64,000 bases of DNA, taken from positions 30,320,001-30,384,000 of the forward strand of contig NC_087437.1 of the NCBI RefSeq assembly GCF_036321535.1, given 5' to 3'. This document shows positions 35,408 through 50,000 of this stretch, piece by piece. Every line of letters starts with the position of its first letter. The first letter of the stretch is position 1. Source of the stretch: Camelus dromedarius (Eukaryota). The notes below the pieces were generated by a model that did not search any database, was not told where the DNA came from, and saw nothing but the letters and a program-made list of their open reading frames with translations. A program made the position numbers and the translations under genes.

Positions 35408-38400
35408 GTAAGGTCTATTCCTAAATAATTCTTTAATATTTCTCTATTGTTCCCAAGCTGTAGTGTGTTGCATGACCAATTTGTAATACTCCCCATAAAA
35501 GCACAGCTAAGGCTGAGTTACTGATTTATTGAATATCCTCCTTGAAAGTAAATGCATCCATGTACCTCTTTTCACTATAAAAGCAAAATTTATATTAGTA
35601 TAAATCACATTAAGTAGTTTTGTTTCTTTTACAATATTCTATTTATAGGTGAATGGTTTATCTTATTTCCAAGTACTTTTCTTTTATTTCTGAATACTTT
35701 TTAAAAGTTCCTTATATCTGCATAAAGTTATGTTAACTTAAGGACTCTCTAAGCATCATCTTAAGTGGTTTAAGTTTCCAAGAACCAAATTTTCAGAGAT
35801 CCAATTTTCCTGTCAATTCTGTGTGCTGGCTCTGTTAGAGATAGTCTGTTCTGTATCATCTTTTTTCCTGGAAGGCTCCAAGGGACTCAGAAAGTTGAAA
35901 GTCAATTATGCTAGTTTGAACCATATGAAATTGTATTTACTTAACAAAAAAAATTTTAATCAAAAAATTTTATATGTTCACTAATAGTAATATCACAAAA
36001 ATATGCCTAAAAATTAATACATAAGTGAATAATATAATGAATAATGAAAAGACTTAATATAACAAAGATGTGTATTTTTCTATTCCTGGGTATACCTTGA
36101 CATCTTTAAATTCTCTCTTAAGTATCTCATAAATAGATGCATTTTTTCCAAAGGGTTTTTAGTATGTAGAAAGGCACTCAACTGATAAAATACTACCAGA
36201 AGTATTCTAAACAAACAGTACAACCAACTTCTCCAGGTGTACTCAGTTTAGTATGTCATTTCTAAGTGTGGTCAAGAATCAAGAAGGAAGATAATTTCAG
36301 TATTATTCTACTACTCTTTTTATATCTCAGAGTCTGCCTGAAGCCTCATTTTTCTTGAATTCTGTTATTAATTACATTAGAAATTATGAAAAATCCTATA
36401 CGATTTTCACCATTAAGTTAAAAAATAAACTAAAAAGAAATTGTAACCCTTATTTTAAAGTTTGATTATTATTTTTAAAGCTAGGAAGTGTTCAAATTAA
36501 GAAGTCATCCACATTTTCTTCTAGTATTTTTTATAGATTTTTATTTTTGGAGCAAATCTTTACTAATACAACATTGTAAATCAACTACACTTCAATTTAA
36601 AAGATCTTTAATCCATCTGGAATTTATTTTGGTACATGCAATGAAAATGAATTATGATCAGAAAAAGTTTGTCTTTATGCCTATAACATAGGTAATAAGT
36701 AAAACATGTGCACTGGGTTAAAATCAGTTAGCTCAAAGTCTCCCAGCTAGTGAAATGATTACCTAAACCCAGATCAGAGCCTATTTAATGATCAACTCAG
36801 AACCCATGCAGTCTATCCTTTGTAAGGTATTCCTAGAAACCACTCAGACCTTTTCTTAGAAGTACCTTTATCTCTGGAGAGTCTTTACTTTGAAGATCTC
36901 TTTTGATATTCAGTAGTTCTGTGAGTGTAAGATTTAGTTTGTTCTAGACTTGGACTTAAACAGGTTAACTAACTTTTAATGGAATCCCACAGTGAAGTGA
37001 GGCAGCCTGGATTCTGCATTAGGACAAACTAAGGGATATCACTTTATTTTAATTCAGCTCAGGATTCTGTCAGAACTTTGTGCTGATTCATCACCATAAG
37101 AAGAGCCAGAGAGATTTTCGGTAGGACCACTCTGACATGTTTATCCCTCTAGCCCTTCTCCAGGGCAGGTCCACACAGTTTAGGTCAAGATAGTCCTTGT
37201 TTGGCTTTGAATTACCCCATATCTTTGGAACTGGCTCATAATTGGTCTACCTCAGAGATTCCCTAATCAGAGAAAACCTGGGAATGTTCTTACTTTGAAT
37301 TTAATACCGTCAGACCAAACAAGCATAAGGCAAAAGGAAAAAGAAGGTAAAAGTTGCCCAACATTTCACAAAGTAGACAATTATCTTCTGAATAATCAAG
37401 AATTGGCTGTGGTAAGCATTCTTAATAAATAAGAAAGACCTTTTAAAGATGCTCAAGTTAAATTCATCTGATGGAAATATGAAATCCGAAAAATTGTTAC
37501 CTCTTTTCATATGCTTCTCTGCTAATAACAGCAGTTCATAGAAAGGGAAAGTGTCATAAAAGAGGAGAAATCTTTGACATGTGTACATTTTCTCCTTGAC
37601 AGTTCATTTAAATCTCCAAAGTGGGGATTGTCTTAACGAAAAGTAATTGAAGATCCAGATCTCCATCCTTCTTCTTGATAAAAGTGTGTGTGTGTCTATC
37701 CATACCTAGATATATAACTTTTGCAATGCTATCTTAACCAATTTAGTACCATGTGCATTACAGAATTAGTATTGGTATAGAACATCATGTGTCTCGTAAA
37801 TGACCCTCCCACCTTTACACAAATACCCTTAAATTAGATCACATAAAATTTCTCATGGGCTTTGTCTTTTTATGTTATGGTGAAAAAAAAAAAAAAAGGA
37901 ACTTGTTTTATTATCATATAAGGAATTATTTATATTAAAAATATCTACTTTTTAATTCAATTCCCACCAGTTTTTGTGATAACTCACACAAATAAGCTAC
38001 ATTCAAATTTTTATGCACTCTCCTACTTCACGTCAATAAAAAGAAGTTATCTTCCAAGACAGGAAGGCATACTGAAAGTGTGTAACTTACCGGTTTCTAT
38101 TCTTTGTGTAATGGACCTTTAGAGACCTTCATGCCATTAGGAAAGCTGCCCTTGAATGTTTTGTCAAATGTTTATCTGTAAGTTCCAGGCACTATTCAAT
38201 AATTTCATTAAACCCTCATGTCTTGAACAAGGAAATAATCAAGTCATAATGGGAAGTCTTACTGCTGGTACATTCTCCTCTTTCATTAACAATCAAAAAT
38301 TATTTTTCAATCTTAGAATATTTTTGGATTATTCAGTGTTTTCAGCCTAGGTTATCTATAACTAACTTGACATAATTAAATTTTCTAAAATTGTCCTATT

Positions 38401-39499
38401 CTTAGGAGTCTTATTTTCAGACTTGGGAATTAAGAGTAAATATTTCCAAACGTATTGCTCTTCCATTTAATAAAAAAATAATGCTTAATTTCTCCCACCA
38501 GAATTTGATTTTACTTGATTGCAACTTGGGTTTGACATCAAAGATTCTAAAGTGGAATTGCTTGCAGCCTTAAAAAAAAAAACAAGGAAATGAGGGGGGC
38601 AGTGTGGGGAGAGACACAGTCTTTTGTTTCATGAACCAATTTAATTGTTGACAATCATGAACATAAAAAATGCACAGCTAAGCAGTTGGTTATGAAGAGT
38701 TTGGTGTCTACTAGTAACAGCAATAAGGCTAATGGGGAAAATCCTCACCATAGAGATTTAGCTGACAGAGTCAAAGGAGAAATCATAATTTGCAAAGTTG
38801 AACTTGAAGACTAGTATTTAATGTAAGCCATAAAAATCTTATCACTTGCCTGAGAATGGCATATCCAGGTATAATAAAAGCAGCAGGATCTTTACAGTTA
38901 CTGTGTAGTCTTGATAGCACGTTTCATAAGAGCATTTTATATAATGGGTGGATTTTAATCAAAGTACATGGTGTGGGAGATTGTGTTCACTTTAAGTTAA
39001 TACAGTACTGCACATAATTTTTATACTTCAAGCTAAAAATAATTTCTTGGCACCGTTGATGGCTCAGGCAGCTACATGTGAGGTATAATGTTCATCAAAT
39101 TCTCCAAGGACAAAAATATTTATATATTTTTATTTTGTCATTTTGAATGTTATGACAACTTTCCAGTTTCTTTTTTTTTAAGATCTAGAGTGCACTTAAA
39201 TTGTCCAGCATATTTTAAAATGTCCTCTCTAAATATCTAATATTTATCCCTGGAACCTTTGCTAGGCTCTAGCATACTCACCACCCCTCCTCCACCTGAA
39301 TGACAAAAAAACAAGATTTGCTACTCTGTATTAATTAGGTCTAAAATTTCTTAAGGTCAAGGACTTTCTGCTGTACTCTCCATGTAGCAATGCCCCAGGG
39401 CTTTGCAAGTAACAAGTGTTAATATTAATTATTTTTTCAATTACATAATGATGTTTCAGTGGATACTAGAATTTTAGAACATGAAAGATAAAATTACAA

Positions 39500-40420
39500 A
39501 ACTATGGGTGATATGAGGTAAAGGGAGGGCATGTGTGTGGAAATGTGGGAGACCATGGAGACAATGGCCAGGAAGAAGATGCTGTATTTAGTTACAGAGC
39601 AGTGATAAGCCATCCAAGTTGTTTTTGCAGGGGAGTGATAATGACCACAGTGGAACTTTAATCTGGCTACAGGATAGATTAAATTCAGGACAGATTAAAT
39701 TCAGGATAGATTATAGTTGGGTGAGACTGGAAGTGTGAAGATGGATTAGGAAATTAAGTAATTCTTAAGGCCTGAGAGTGTGAACTAGGAAGGGGCAGGA
39801 AGACTGATAGGAGGAGATAAACATGAGATGCTACCAGAACGAAGGTACGTGGCCTGATCTTTTCCTAAATAGATTGTATAAAATTTTGTAAAACAAAGGA
39901 GACATCGAAGATAAACAGAAAATGTTCACTTTGGGTGGCTGAGAGTCTTCACATGCCATTAGCAGAAATTATAAAGTCAAAGTGATGGCTTAGAAAGGAA
40001 AATGATGAATTTGATGTTTGACACATGAAATTTATATAGTGTGAGACATCTTACACGTAGAAAGTTAGCAAGATAAGACAAGTGTTAGGGTAGACGTAAA
40101 AATTATCGTTTATTTATTTATTTACAAAATCTTTAGGACACCATAGGAAATTCAGTCATTCATTCATTTATCATTGATTATTCATTTATTCCATACATTT
40201 CCTGAGCACCTATTATGTTCCAGCCTTCATCTAGTTTTAGGTTCTAGAGATAATTAACTGAAAAAGCAAATGGACTCAAAAACAAACGAACAAATCTCTG
40301 CTCTCAAAGAGCTAATATTTGAGGTGCTTTGGAGGCAGACAAGAAGAAGAAGGGCCACCAACCATAAATAAATAAGTAAAGAGTCATACATGCCTGGATG
40401 AAAATTAAACAAGGTTGTGT
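39500..40420. mobile_element. LINE-2 fragments
   Basis: 'ttcattcatttatcatt...catttcctgagcacctattatgttccag' L2 3' end, with purine-rich L2 body upstream. Confidence 0.6.
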
Positions 40421-40842
40421 GATTGGGGAACCTTCAACTGAGTGGCTCTGTTTATTTACTAAGCTATTGTAGATGGATAAAATGTTAGAGACAGTAAAAC
40501 TAATACTTTCTGTTATTAAGTAACTATTTCTCCCAAATATTTGCAATGGGGAAGAGACCTTATGAATGAAGATGATCATTTTCCCTTGTTCTTAACTCCT
40601 TATAGCAAAAAACAATCTTAATGGATATCGTAAAGTGAATTGGGAACATAAATCATAGATTATGATGCCACTCTGGGATGAACTCTTTGCTGTCATCAAT
40701 AATAAAAGACCTGCATTTGTTTCTATCGTGGAAGATTTTTGTATACAATTAAGTGAAACCAACATACCGGAAAACAGCTTAGCAGGCAAGAAGCCAACCC
40801 CAGGCCTGTCGTCTGCAGAATAAAACCACAAGTAGTCTCTAA

Positions 40843-41010
<168 letters not shown>

Positions 41011-41050
41011 TGAGATATATCCTAGTAAACCTGATCAAGAGTTATTATAA

Positions 41051-41201
41051 GAGGGGAGGGATGGCTCAGTGGTAAAGTGTGTGCATAGCATGCAGGAATT
41101 CTTGTGTTCAATTCCCAGTACCTCCATTAAAAATAAATATATAAATAAGTAAATAAATAAACCTAACTACCTCCTCACCCAAAAGAACCCCAAAATGGCA
41201 A
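41051..41201 (+). mobile_element. tRNA-derived SINE (camelid Vic-1-like)
   Basis: ggggagggatggctcagtggtaaagtgtgtgcatagcatgcagg...gttcaattcccagtacctcc plus (AAAT)n tail. Degenerate TSD aagagttattataa / aaaggttattgtaa. Confidence 0.9.
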
Positions 41202-41554
41202 AAAGGTTATTGTAATTTATCAATACAAAAACACATTTATTCATCAGCATATCACTGGCCTAATAAATCACCACACTTTTAGTATTCCTTACAAATTGTT
41301 GGTTGAGAAGATCAGAAATTTCTAAGAGTGAGGTTAGCAATATGTGCTTTATATTCTGACAGAATAAAACATATATTCACATTGAGAAAACACTGTGATG
41401 TATTTTCAGCACCAATGGTAACGTCTGGTCTTATGATCATTTGTGTCTTATCTCACCAGACAGACTTTTAGATGATAGGGTCCATGTCTTAATTAGATGT
41501 AAACTCTGAAAGTAAAATGCCCATAGGATTCTTAAACTGCTTGTGATCAGAGAC

Positions 41555-41591
<37 letters not shown>

Positions 41592-42613
41592 TTGCATCTT
41601 ACACCTACTACCTAGTTCAGGGTCTTACAAACAGTAGGCAGTTAATGTTTATATGCTGCCCCGAACGGCAAAGTAGATTTAGAGTTTCATTGAAATTTGA
41701 GAGGACTAGAAGTAAGGACATGAGATAAAGAGGTACTAATTGAAGCTATAACAAAAGTCAGTTCACAAATGGAAAGACAATAAAAAGAGAACAGCAGAGA
41801 GAAAATAATCAAGCCTTAATCCAATTTTTGAGAGCCCAGGAAGACAAGGAGACAGGAAGGACATACTAAGCATCTGTTAACTCAATTAAACTACACAGCA
41901 ATCTTCACAGGTAGGTGTTAATACTCTTTCCATTTTTCAAGCAGAAAAAATACAGAGAGACATAAGACATGCTCAAAGTTACAAAACTGGGAATTGGTGA
42001 GCCAGGATGTGGGGTCAGGTGGTTTGTCTTTATACCCCTTTTCACAGACAACTGTTTAAAAGATGATAAAAATTAAGTATCAGACATATGATACATATAA
42101 ATGTTGCTGAAGCTCAAAAAGGGGAAGATCAGTAGTTAGGATCAGCAAGAAAGCTCCAGGGGGAAAGGCAACTTTTCCCTTGTGCTTGAAGTACTGGGAA
42201 ACTGAGTCCACAATGTCTAATGAAGGGTTTGGGATATGAAATGAATGCTAGAGTGCAATATTGACCTCTGTAAAATCTCGTAACATCAAGTTAAACAGAC
42301 TTGGTTCAGGTGAAAACTGTCCAACAGAAACAAGTCATGATTTCAGGAGTGTTTATCTGGTGGCCTCGGCAGAGACATCAAGAGCCAAGCGGGTAAAACA
42401 TCTGGGTTAACACTAAGGCGTATCAGCAGACAGCCCCAGCAGTCCAGGTTTCATCAGCTCGGGTGAGAAAGGAGAACAGTTTCTCTCATCATCTGTGCAA
42501 TTTAATGTTCTCTCACACAGTGGTATTTCAGTCCTTGCGCCTTGAATTACAGATACCTTATTGCAATTCCTGACGTAAAGAGTTCTCATTTTACTTAAAT
42601 AAATATATTTCAG

Positions 42614-42747
42614 GCAGAAATTTTAACAAGGACGGAGACCTTGTTGACTGGTGGACTCAAGAGTCTGCAAATAACTTTAAAAAGCAATCCCAGTGCATGG
42701 TGTACCAGTATGGAAACTTCTCCTGGGACCTAGCAGGTGGACAGCAT
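42614..42747 (+). CDS. MME: Neprilysin coding exon (134 bp)
   Basis: atttcag|...|gtatgt. Encodes (G)[44 protein letters not shown], in frame. Confidence 0.97.
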
Positions 42748-42878
42748 GTATGTTATCAGCACTCTCCTGAAAAGTTATATTCAATCTTAAGTGAATTGCT
42801 GATGCTTTCTTAATAATCCAAACACTGGTAAGGGTCTTTAAGTGGTTTGTTAACATTGTTTTCTGTTTTTCTTAACAG

Positions 42879-42944
42879 CTCAATGGAATTAACACACTGG
42901 GAGAAAACATTGCTGATAATGGTGGTATTGGCCAAGCATACAGA
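42879..42944 (+). CDS. MME: Neprilysin coding exon with the ExxxD third zinc ligand (66 bp)
   Basis: cttaacag|...|gtgagt. Encodes [22 protein letters not shown]. Preceded by a 131-bp intron. Confidence 0.98.
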
Positions 42945-44119
42945 GTGAGTAATAATATTTTCTTCCCATTTTAGTGGTTGGAGTGTATATTGATCATATT
43001 TAATCATTCATTTAAAGATTTTTGCAAAAGACACATATAATGTAAGGAATAAATGATAAATAGAAAATGAAAACTACGTAAGGAGAAAGAGAAATATGCT
43101 AACCAGAAGGGGCAATACAGTTGATGTGACTGAGCTGAATATCAGTCTCTAAGCTTCCAAAAAGCCAAGGAGAAAAGGAAATACAGACTATTATAATGAC
43201 AGAATTGAGGAGACATGTAAATTCTACAGAGGAGCCAATGTTTTTCTAAGAAATAATCTCTGAAATACATCTTTTTAGAAAAGCTAGTCTATAAAAAGGA
43301 TTATTTCAGAGTCATTGATTGATGGACTGAGCAGGACTCTCAGTTTCACAACAGAGAAGCAGTATTTGGGAGCAATAATCAACATAAACCACCGGCATAA
43401 TATTAAACCATAGTCCAGTTACAATGATAGTGAGGGACTGAAGTGAAATGGTTCCAGCATGTGGTTGTGCAGTAGTCCAAACCATTATACTCAGAGGAAT
43501 ATATTGTTGGAGCATCCGTTAGAATCGCATTCAGGCTTCCATTCATTTTACCATTCAGCAATACTTGTTGAGGTGTGTTTGGCACTTTTCTTGGTGCTGA
43601 AGATACAGCTTTGAATACATAAAAGATGTCATTATTTGATGATTTGAGTGAAAATTTAAAATGGCTTACTGAACATTATGTACATGAGAAAAAGTATGTA
43701 TTTTCAGAAAAGAGTGGAAGAATAATGGTCTTGGAAGCAACAAGGAAGAGTGAGCATGATTTTGAGTCATTTTTCCCAACCCTAAGGTAGCCCACATGTG
43801 AAGAAAAAGCAGGGTCTACTTGAGAGGGTATAGGGGACAAGGTGTCTGCAGGGTAGAACCAGGTCCTGAGACAAAGATGGATGGAATATTCAGTGGAGCA
43901 GATGAGGATGTAGGGTTGGAGGGCTGGAGAGCTTCACTGGTTGGGTCAGGAAGGAGGGACTATCAGAGCCATGTTGGAGAGATGACTGGTAGGACATGTG
44001 ACTTGAGAGTGACCCTGGATGATCAAAGTGTTAGTCTTGGGAGATTAAGCTGGCTGCAAAGTTTCCAAAAGAATGAGTCCCAGCCAAGTCCTGGAAGATG
44101 GTAGATTACTGCTTCTTTA

Positions 44120-44825
44120 AATGCTTAAAGATTTTTTTACTGGGTGCCAGACACTGTGTATTTTTCCTCTTTGGGTGTTGGATATTTTTGTTTTCCTATA
44201 AATACTCTTGAGCTTTATTCTAGGATGCAGTTAAATTCCTCAGAAATGGTTTGATCCTTTTGGGTCTTGCTTTTACAACTCGTAGGCATGTCTGGGGTAG
44301 TGCTCAATCTACGGATAATTATTCTTCGCTGCTGAGTCAAGACCCTACTATGTAATCTTGAGGTCTTCCATTCTTGTCTTGTACGAGTACCAGACTCATT
44401 TTTATCACTTTTATCTCCAGTCCTTTTCTGCGGTTCCTTCCCTAGGCTGGGTAGTTTGCTCATATGCATATTTATATGCCAGCTGAATACCTGAGGGAGC
44501 AATTTGATCTCTGAGATTCTTTTTCTCTGCAGCTTTCTCCTCTTTAGTACCCTCTCCTTGGTGTCACTGAACTCTCACCCACACAAGGAGTCCCTCAGGC
44601 TCCCACTGGGGTTTCACACTCTACTTTGTGGCCTGGAAATGCTCAAGGCTGGGACAATCATAGGGCTCATTTTGTTTGTTTACCATCTTCTAGAGACGAC
44701 TTTCCTTTTTGCCTGATGTCCAGTGTCATGCAAACCGTTGTTTAATGCATTTTGTCTATCATTTGGTTGTTTCAGTAGGAGGATAAACTCAGTCCCTGTC
44801 ACTCCATCTTGTCTGGAAGTGGAAG
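44120..44825 (-). mobile_element. Ancient L1M 5'-end fragment
   Basis: Reverse complement starts 'acttccagacaagatggagtgacagggactgagtttatcctcc' and resembles the + strand segment at ~26535-27180. Confidence 0.65.
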
Positions 44826-45893
44826 ATACTGTTTGCTTTTAATATTCCATGGTGATTCTAATTCATAGCCAAATTGAGAATCACTGCTGTATAAATCTGG
44901 CCAAAGTCTGTATTAAGGGTATTTTCATAGAGGTCTTCACATAGAACCAGTACAGAATTATAATAATGAAGCAAATTACAATTGTGCAAATATTTTATTA
45001 TACATGAAATCTCAGAATGTCACGCTCCCTGCTTGATTGTGAGCTCCCTAAGAGGAACAGGCTCAAGCCTTTCCCATATCCCCAGCATCTTTGCACAGTA
45101 GAGACTTAATAAATCTATGTTGATGGCAAGTAAGAAGAAATGAAATATATCTTCTGCATATCTAATTATCACCTTTCTTCGTATTAAATTGAAACTAACA
45201 CATCTCAGAAAGTTATTGTCAATCCCTTTCTTAGGTATACTTAGTAAAAGAAAACTGCATTTTTCAATAGTGTCCATAAATCCTTAAGAATTAAGAACAT
45301 TTTCTGGCACTCAATTAATCTAAATTTCTTCTTCCTAATGTCACTGAGGTTCAGTCTATTTTGCCCTGCCTTCCGGGGACCATAATAATTGCTCATCCTT
45401 ATTCTTAGAATCATAGGATGCTAGGCCTCTAAGGGATCTTAAGAGAATCATTTGACTTTTGGCAAGAATCACTCAAACTAAGTCTGGTGTGAGTCTCTTT
45501 TGCTGAGAAAAGTAACTAAGCAAGGATAGTGATTGCAGACTCCCTTGGCAATCTTTTCTTCCACATAGCTAGACATATCCATCTGTAGAACAACATTTAT
45601 TTAAGTTTTTCATCACTTATTTAAGTCATTCTTTCATCTAGCTGACATTTGTTGATCATCTGACATATACTAGTCTTTTACCTGTTAATCATTTATCTTG
45701 TTCTTTTCAGAGTTTTGTAAGTAAATTCTAGTCTTTCTAATCCATTAAATAGTTGTAGTTTGCTATATCTAAATGTATTATTATGGTGATTCTGATATAA
45801 AAGGTTAATTACTTGATTACATGTTCTTTGCACAGAATTATGTATAAGTTTACAAACTACAAACATCATGTTTCTATTTCATTAACTGCCTAG

Positions 45894-46004
<111 letters not shown>

Positions 46005-46328
46005 TGATTGATAGATATGAAAATCATTTTGAGTTATAATTTCATAGTAAGTTAGATGTTGCCTGCTGAGTTTTCTTGTTTTAATCAATTGTGGCAGAGC
46101 ATTTGATTGACTAACTTTCATTATGTGTAACAGACTGTCAGATCAGATTAATGATAATTATGTTCCTGGTTGCCTATTATTGAACCTTATTTGAAGAGTA
46201 ATTGGCTGAGCATGCAGAATTCCAATTTAATTATTGCAATAGGAAGTTTTTTTGCTAGACTGTCCAAACAAATAATCCTTGATGGAACCTAAGTACGTTG
46301 CTTTTGTTTTTCTATTCCTATTTCCTAG

Positions 46329-46405
46329 GTGTGGTGTGGGACCTACAGGCCAGAGTATGCGATCAACTCCATTAAAACAGATGTGCACAGTCCAGGCAAC
46401 TTCAG
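46329..46405 (+). CDS. MME: Neprilysin penultimate coding exon (77 bp)
   Basis: tttcctag|...|gtgcgt. Encodes [25 protein letters not shown](R), including the conserved catalytic-site His of HSP. Matches the start of ORF-track entry 46329..46601. Confidence 0.97.
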
Positions 46406-46609
46406 GTGCGTGAGTATGAACAGCTGTGAAGGTGCTCCAATACTGTCTCCATTACTTCAAATTCGGAGGCCTTTTTCCAACTCGGATTCTATAAAATTTG
46501 GAAATCCAGTGCTTTTCACTCACTTGCCCTTTCTTCCTCCCTCCCTCCCTCCCTTCCTTCCTTCCTCTCATTATTTATTATATAGTCCTAATTATTTTTG
46601 AAATTATTT

Positions 46610-47060
46610 TGTATTTCTTCTTCCAGTTTTATTGAGATATAATTAACATACAGCACTATGTAAGTTTAGGGTGTACAGCACAATGAGCTGACTTACATCA
46701 TGAAATGATGACCATGATAAATTTATTGAACATCCATTATCTCATATAGATACAAAATAAAAGAAAATGAAAAAATTTTTTTTGTGTTGAAAACTCCTAG
46801 GTTTTACTCTTTTAACTTTCATACATAACATACAGCAGTGTTAACTATATCTATCATGTTGTACATTATTGCTCTAGTACTTATTTACCTTATGATTCAT
46901 AGTTTGTACCTTTCAACTACCTTCAGCCAGTTCCCCTTCCCTCCACCTGATTACAAATCTGATCTCTTTTTCTATGATGTATTTGTCTGTTTTTGAAGTA
47001 TAATTGACCTACATCACTGTGTTAGTTCCTGGTACACAGCATAGTGATTCAATGGTTTTA
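46610..47060 (-). mobile_element. L1 3'-end fragment
   Basis: 'tttattgagatataattaacatacagcact...tgtacagcacaatga...ctatcatgttgtacatta', an antisense L1 3' UTR. Confidence 0.8.
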
Positions 47061-50000
47061 ATTTTTTAAAGTTGTGTTTTTCCTTACTGAAGTCTTCAGA
47101 AATTAAGGTCTAAGAATATAATTCTGAGGATAACAGAGAGCACTTATAAACTCACACAAACCACCATAACAACCTAATTTGTCAAAGCTTTGCCCTACGT
47201 AGCCTCATGAACCAAAGCATATAGCCATAAAAAGTCCAGGTGGATTTAAGTAATATTAATTATTAATACCTTGTACATCTGGCATCTTCAGAGAACAAGA
47301 GGTAACAAATTAATTTTTTTGATGGCTAAAATTTGTCTCGAGTATTAACATTTTTATCCTAACCAATGGATTAAAATTTCTCTAAAATAAATTTTCTAGC
47401 TTCCTGCCTTATTAGCACAGTATCCTGAACAAAACCTGAGCTTTCTTTTTCTTGATGACACAGACTACTGTTATGACTTACTTATGGTTTCACTGTTTAC
47501 TAGATTTGTAAAATCCTTAGGAGCTATAATATGTGGAGTTATTTATTCCTACACTACAGAGCCATTGATGGTGATACTTCTTAACTTTTCATTGTGGTTG
47601 TTTATTAGGTCTTTTCTGTTTTTCTCTTTCTTTTTACTATATTGTCTGTCTTCACCTGTCCCATTCCTCCATTTCGATTAGCTCAGAAAACATATTCTCA
47701 AGACTTTTATGGTAAAAAATGAATGCAAGCTTTGAATTAAGAAACATTTGAGTTTCAGCCATGGCTCTGCCATTTACAAGCTGATCCTTAACCTCTGTGT
47801 CTCCATTTCTTGATATATAAATTTAGGATTGAATTACTATGATAGTTCCTAGGAGGATTAATGTTACTGTGTATGAAGTACCTATTACATATATGTATTT
47901 GAAAAGTAGCGCTAGGATTACTTTTAGATTAGAGAAATAAGAACAGAATATCTATGAAAAAATGTGTATGAATTTTGCAACATTCCATATTAGCTGACAG
48001 TCAAGGGCTTTTTTTTTTTTTTTTTTTTATTCATTTCTTATGTCTGCATGGTTCAAAATGTAAATAACTAATCACCAGTTAAGTGATAATTTAGGTAGAT
48101 ATGTAATTGTTTTCTACCCCCAATTTTAAACTGAGTACTTTATTATAAATATATAAAATTATTTATACCTGTCATTTTCTTTGATTTGGCCCCAAAGATG
48201 CCTCTTTGACTATTTTTCATTCATAATAAGAGAAGTATGTGTTGATTTTTTTAAAGGGTAAATGGAATGCCAACCTTTTGTCAAGGAAATTATTATTTTT
48301 ACTGGAGGTAAAAGGATTTCCTTGGCAAAAGGTTGAAGTCACATTTAGTTTTGGAAACAGGCTGCTTCCTGGCTGTACAAAGTGAAACACATGTTTTTAA
48401 AGAAACTTAAAAACTAGTAAGATACTGAGTTGCTGTTGAAAAATTGTGCATAGTGGTTTCTGCAGAAACTCTTCTGAAACAGAGGGAGATTTTGTAACTT
48501 TATGCTTAAATAACCACAGTATTAAAAACAAAAGGCAAAGTATATTGCTATAAAGCTGACTCTATAAAACCATGTTAGGTCTAATCTATAATTGTTTTAT
48601 TCTTCCTAACTAAAGTTTTACGTATTTTCAGATAAGCTTCTAAAACTTTGGTGTTTAAAACAAAAACGTTTCCCCTTGTATTGTAGAAGTTGAATTTGCA
48701 ATTTAAATGACTTATTTTAGGAAATCCAGTTTTTGTTAGCCATCTACAGTCACTTCAGGGAATGGTTGCTATGATAATATTTACTGTATTATCTATAAAT
48801 GTGTTTCTAAAGTTATTCAGATGTAATATTTCTGTATGAGATATAAGGACCTGATCACTTTTTAAAGCAAGTTCAAGTAGACAAAATGACACCAATGTCT
48901 AAGCCACCTGGAAAGTAATGCTGCTAATTTACTTAGGTTGCTTGAGATCAGCTTCCAGTAAGAACAAAGGGCACTTGAGAGAATTAATGCCACTAATAAT
49001 ACAAGAAACGTTTTCCACAGCTTAATTTCTACTACTTCTAAAGGAAAAGTCTTTCTAGTGTTTTATGTAGACATTTTCAAGTTACATGGCTATTTTGTTT
49101 CTTATGGTTCAATGACTTAACCTGCCTAAGCCAAACCCTCTTTGAAATACTGCTGTTTCCTCCATTTATTAGCATTGGTTTCTGGTATTTTATAAACGAT
49201 GTGAATTTCGGTGGGCCTCATAGAACTGCTATAAACACTTACTATTCTTTGGGCTATACCTGGGAATCTATTCAGACATTTATTTCTTCATGAATTTCAG
49301 TGGAACATATGCTGATCAAAGTGACCTTACTTTAAAAGGACCATGAACATTAGTTAATGATAAAGATTGGATAGTTTATCTATGAACACCTTGTAGACAA
49401 GTCATTTATTTAAAAGAAGTAATCAAATATTGTCAGAGAACTCACTAATTGCAAAAAAGCTCATTCTGTAATTTAAAAAAGTTATTTGCAGGCAGGAGTA
49501 GTCAGATATGTTATAGGATATAAAGTCCATTCTTGGTTACATGATGTTCAACACCATATCTTTTAGATATTTTCAGTACAGGTGATTATTTGCCAAGGGA
49601 ATAAACAGCAGCACTGTGATAAAACGCTTGGTATAATAAAGTAAAAATTTCAAGTAGATTAAGACATAACCAATAAAAGTATTATCTTCTGTTATTGTAA
49701 ACAGAAACACAAAAACTACAGTTTTCAGGTAGCATGAGATTCCTGTAAGAATATTAATAAAATATGATCCCATTCTTAGAGAAGAGCTTCATTTTAATTA
49801 ATAATGTATCCACTTTTTAAAATAGACTATTTTTGTCATCCATCCAAAGATTTGATGTTATAAACAATGTAACACTAATTAGAGTCCTAGGAAAGTAAGT
49901 GAAGCCCTAGTACGTTGTTGACCTGATTATTCAGAATTAAATTATCTAAATTGAAGTCTTTGGAAGGAAAGAGAGGAGCTAGAATGGAGAAGGAGGGCAT

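Noticed and set aside
46406..46601. Extension of ORF 46329..46601 beyond the exon
   Set aside because: Neprilysin similarity ends at the AG|GTGCGT donor (46405). The rest is intronic read-through ending in a CCTT/CCCT repeat.
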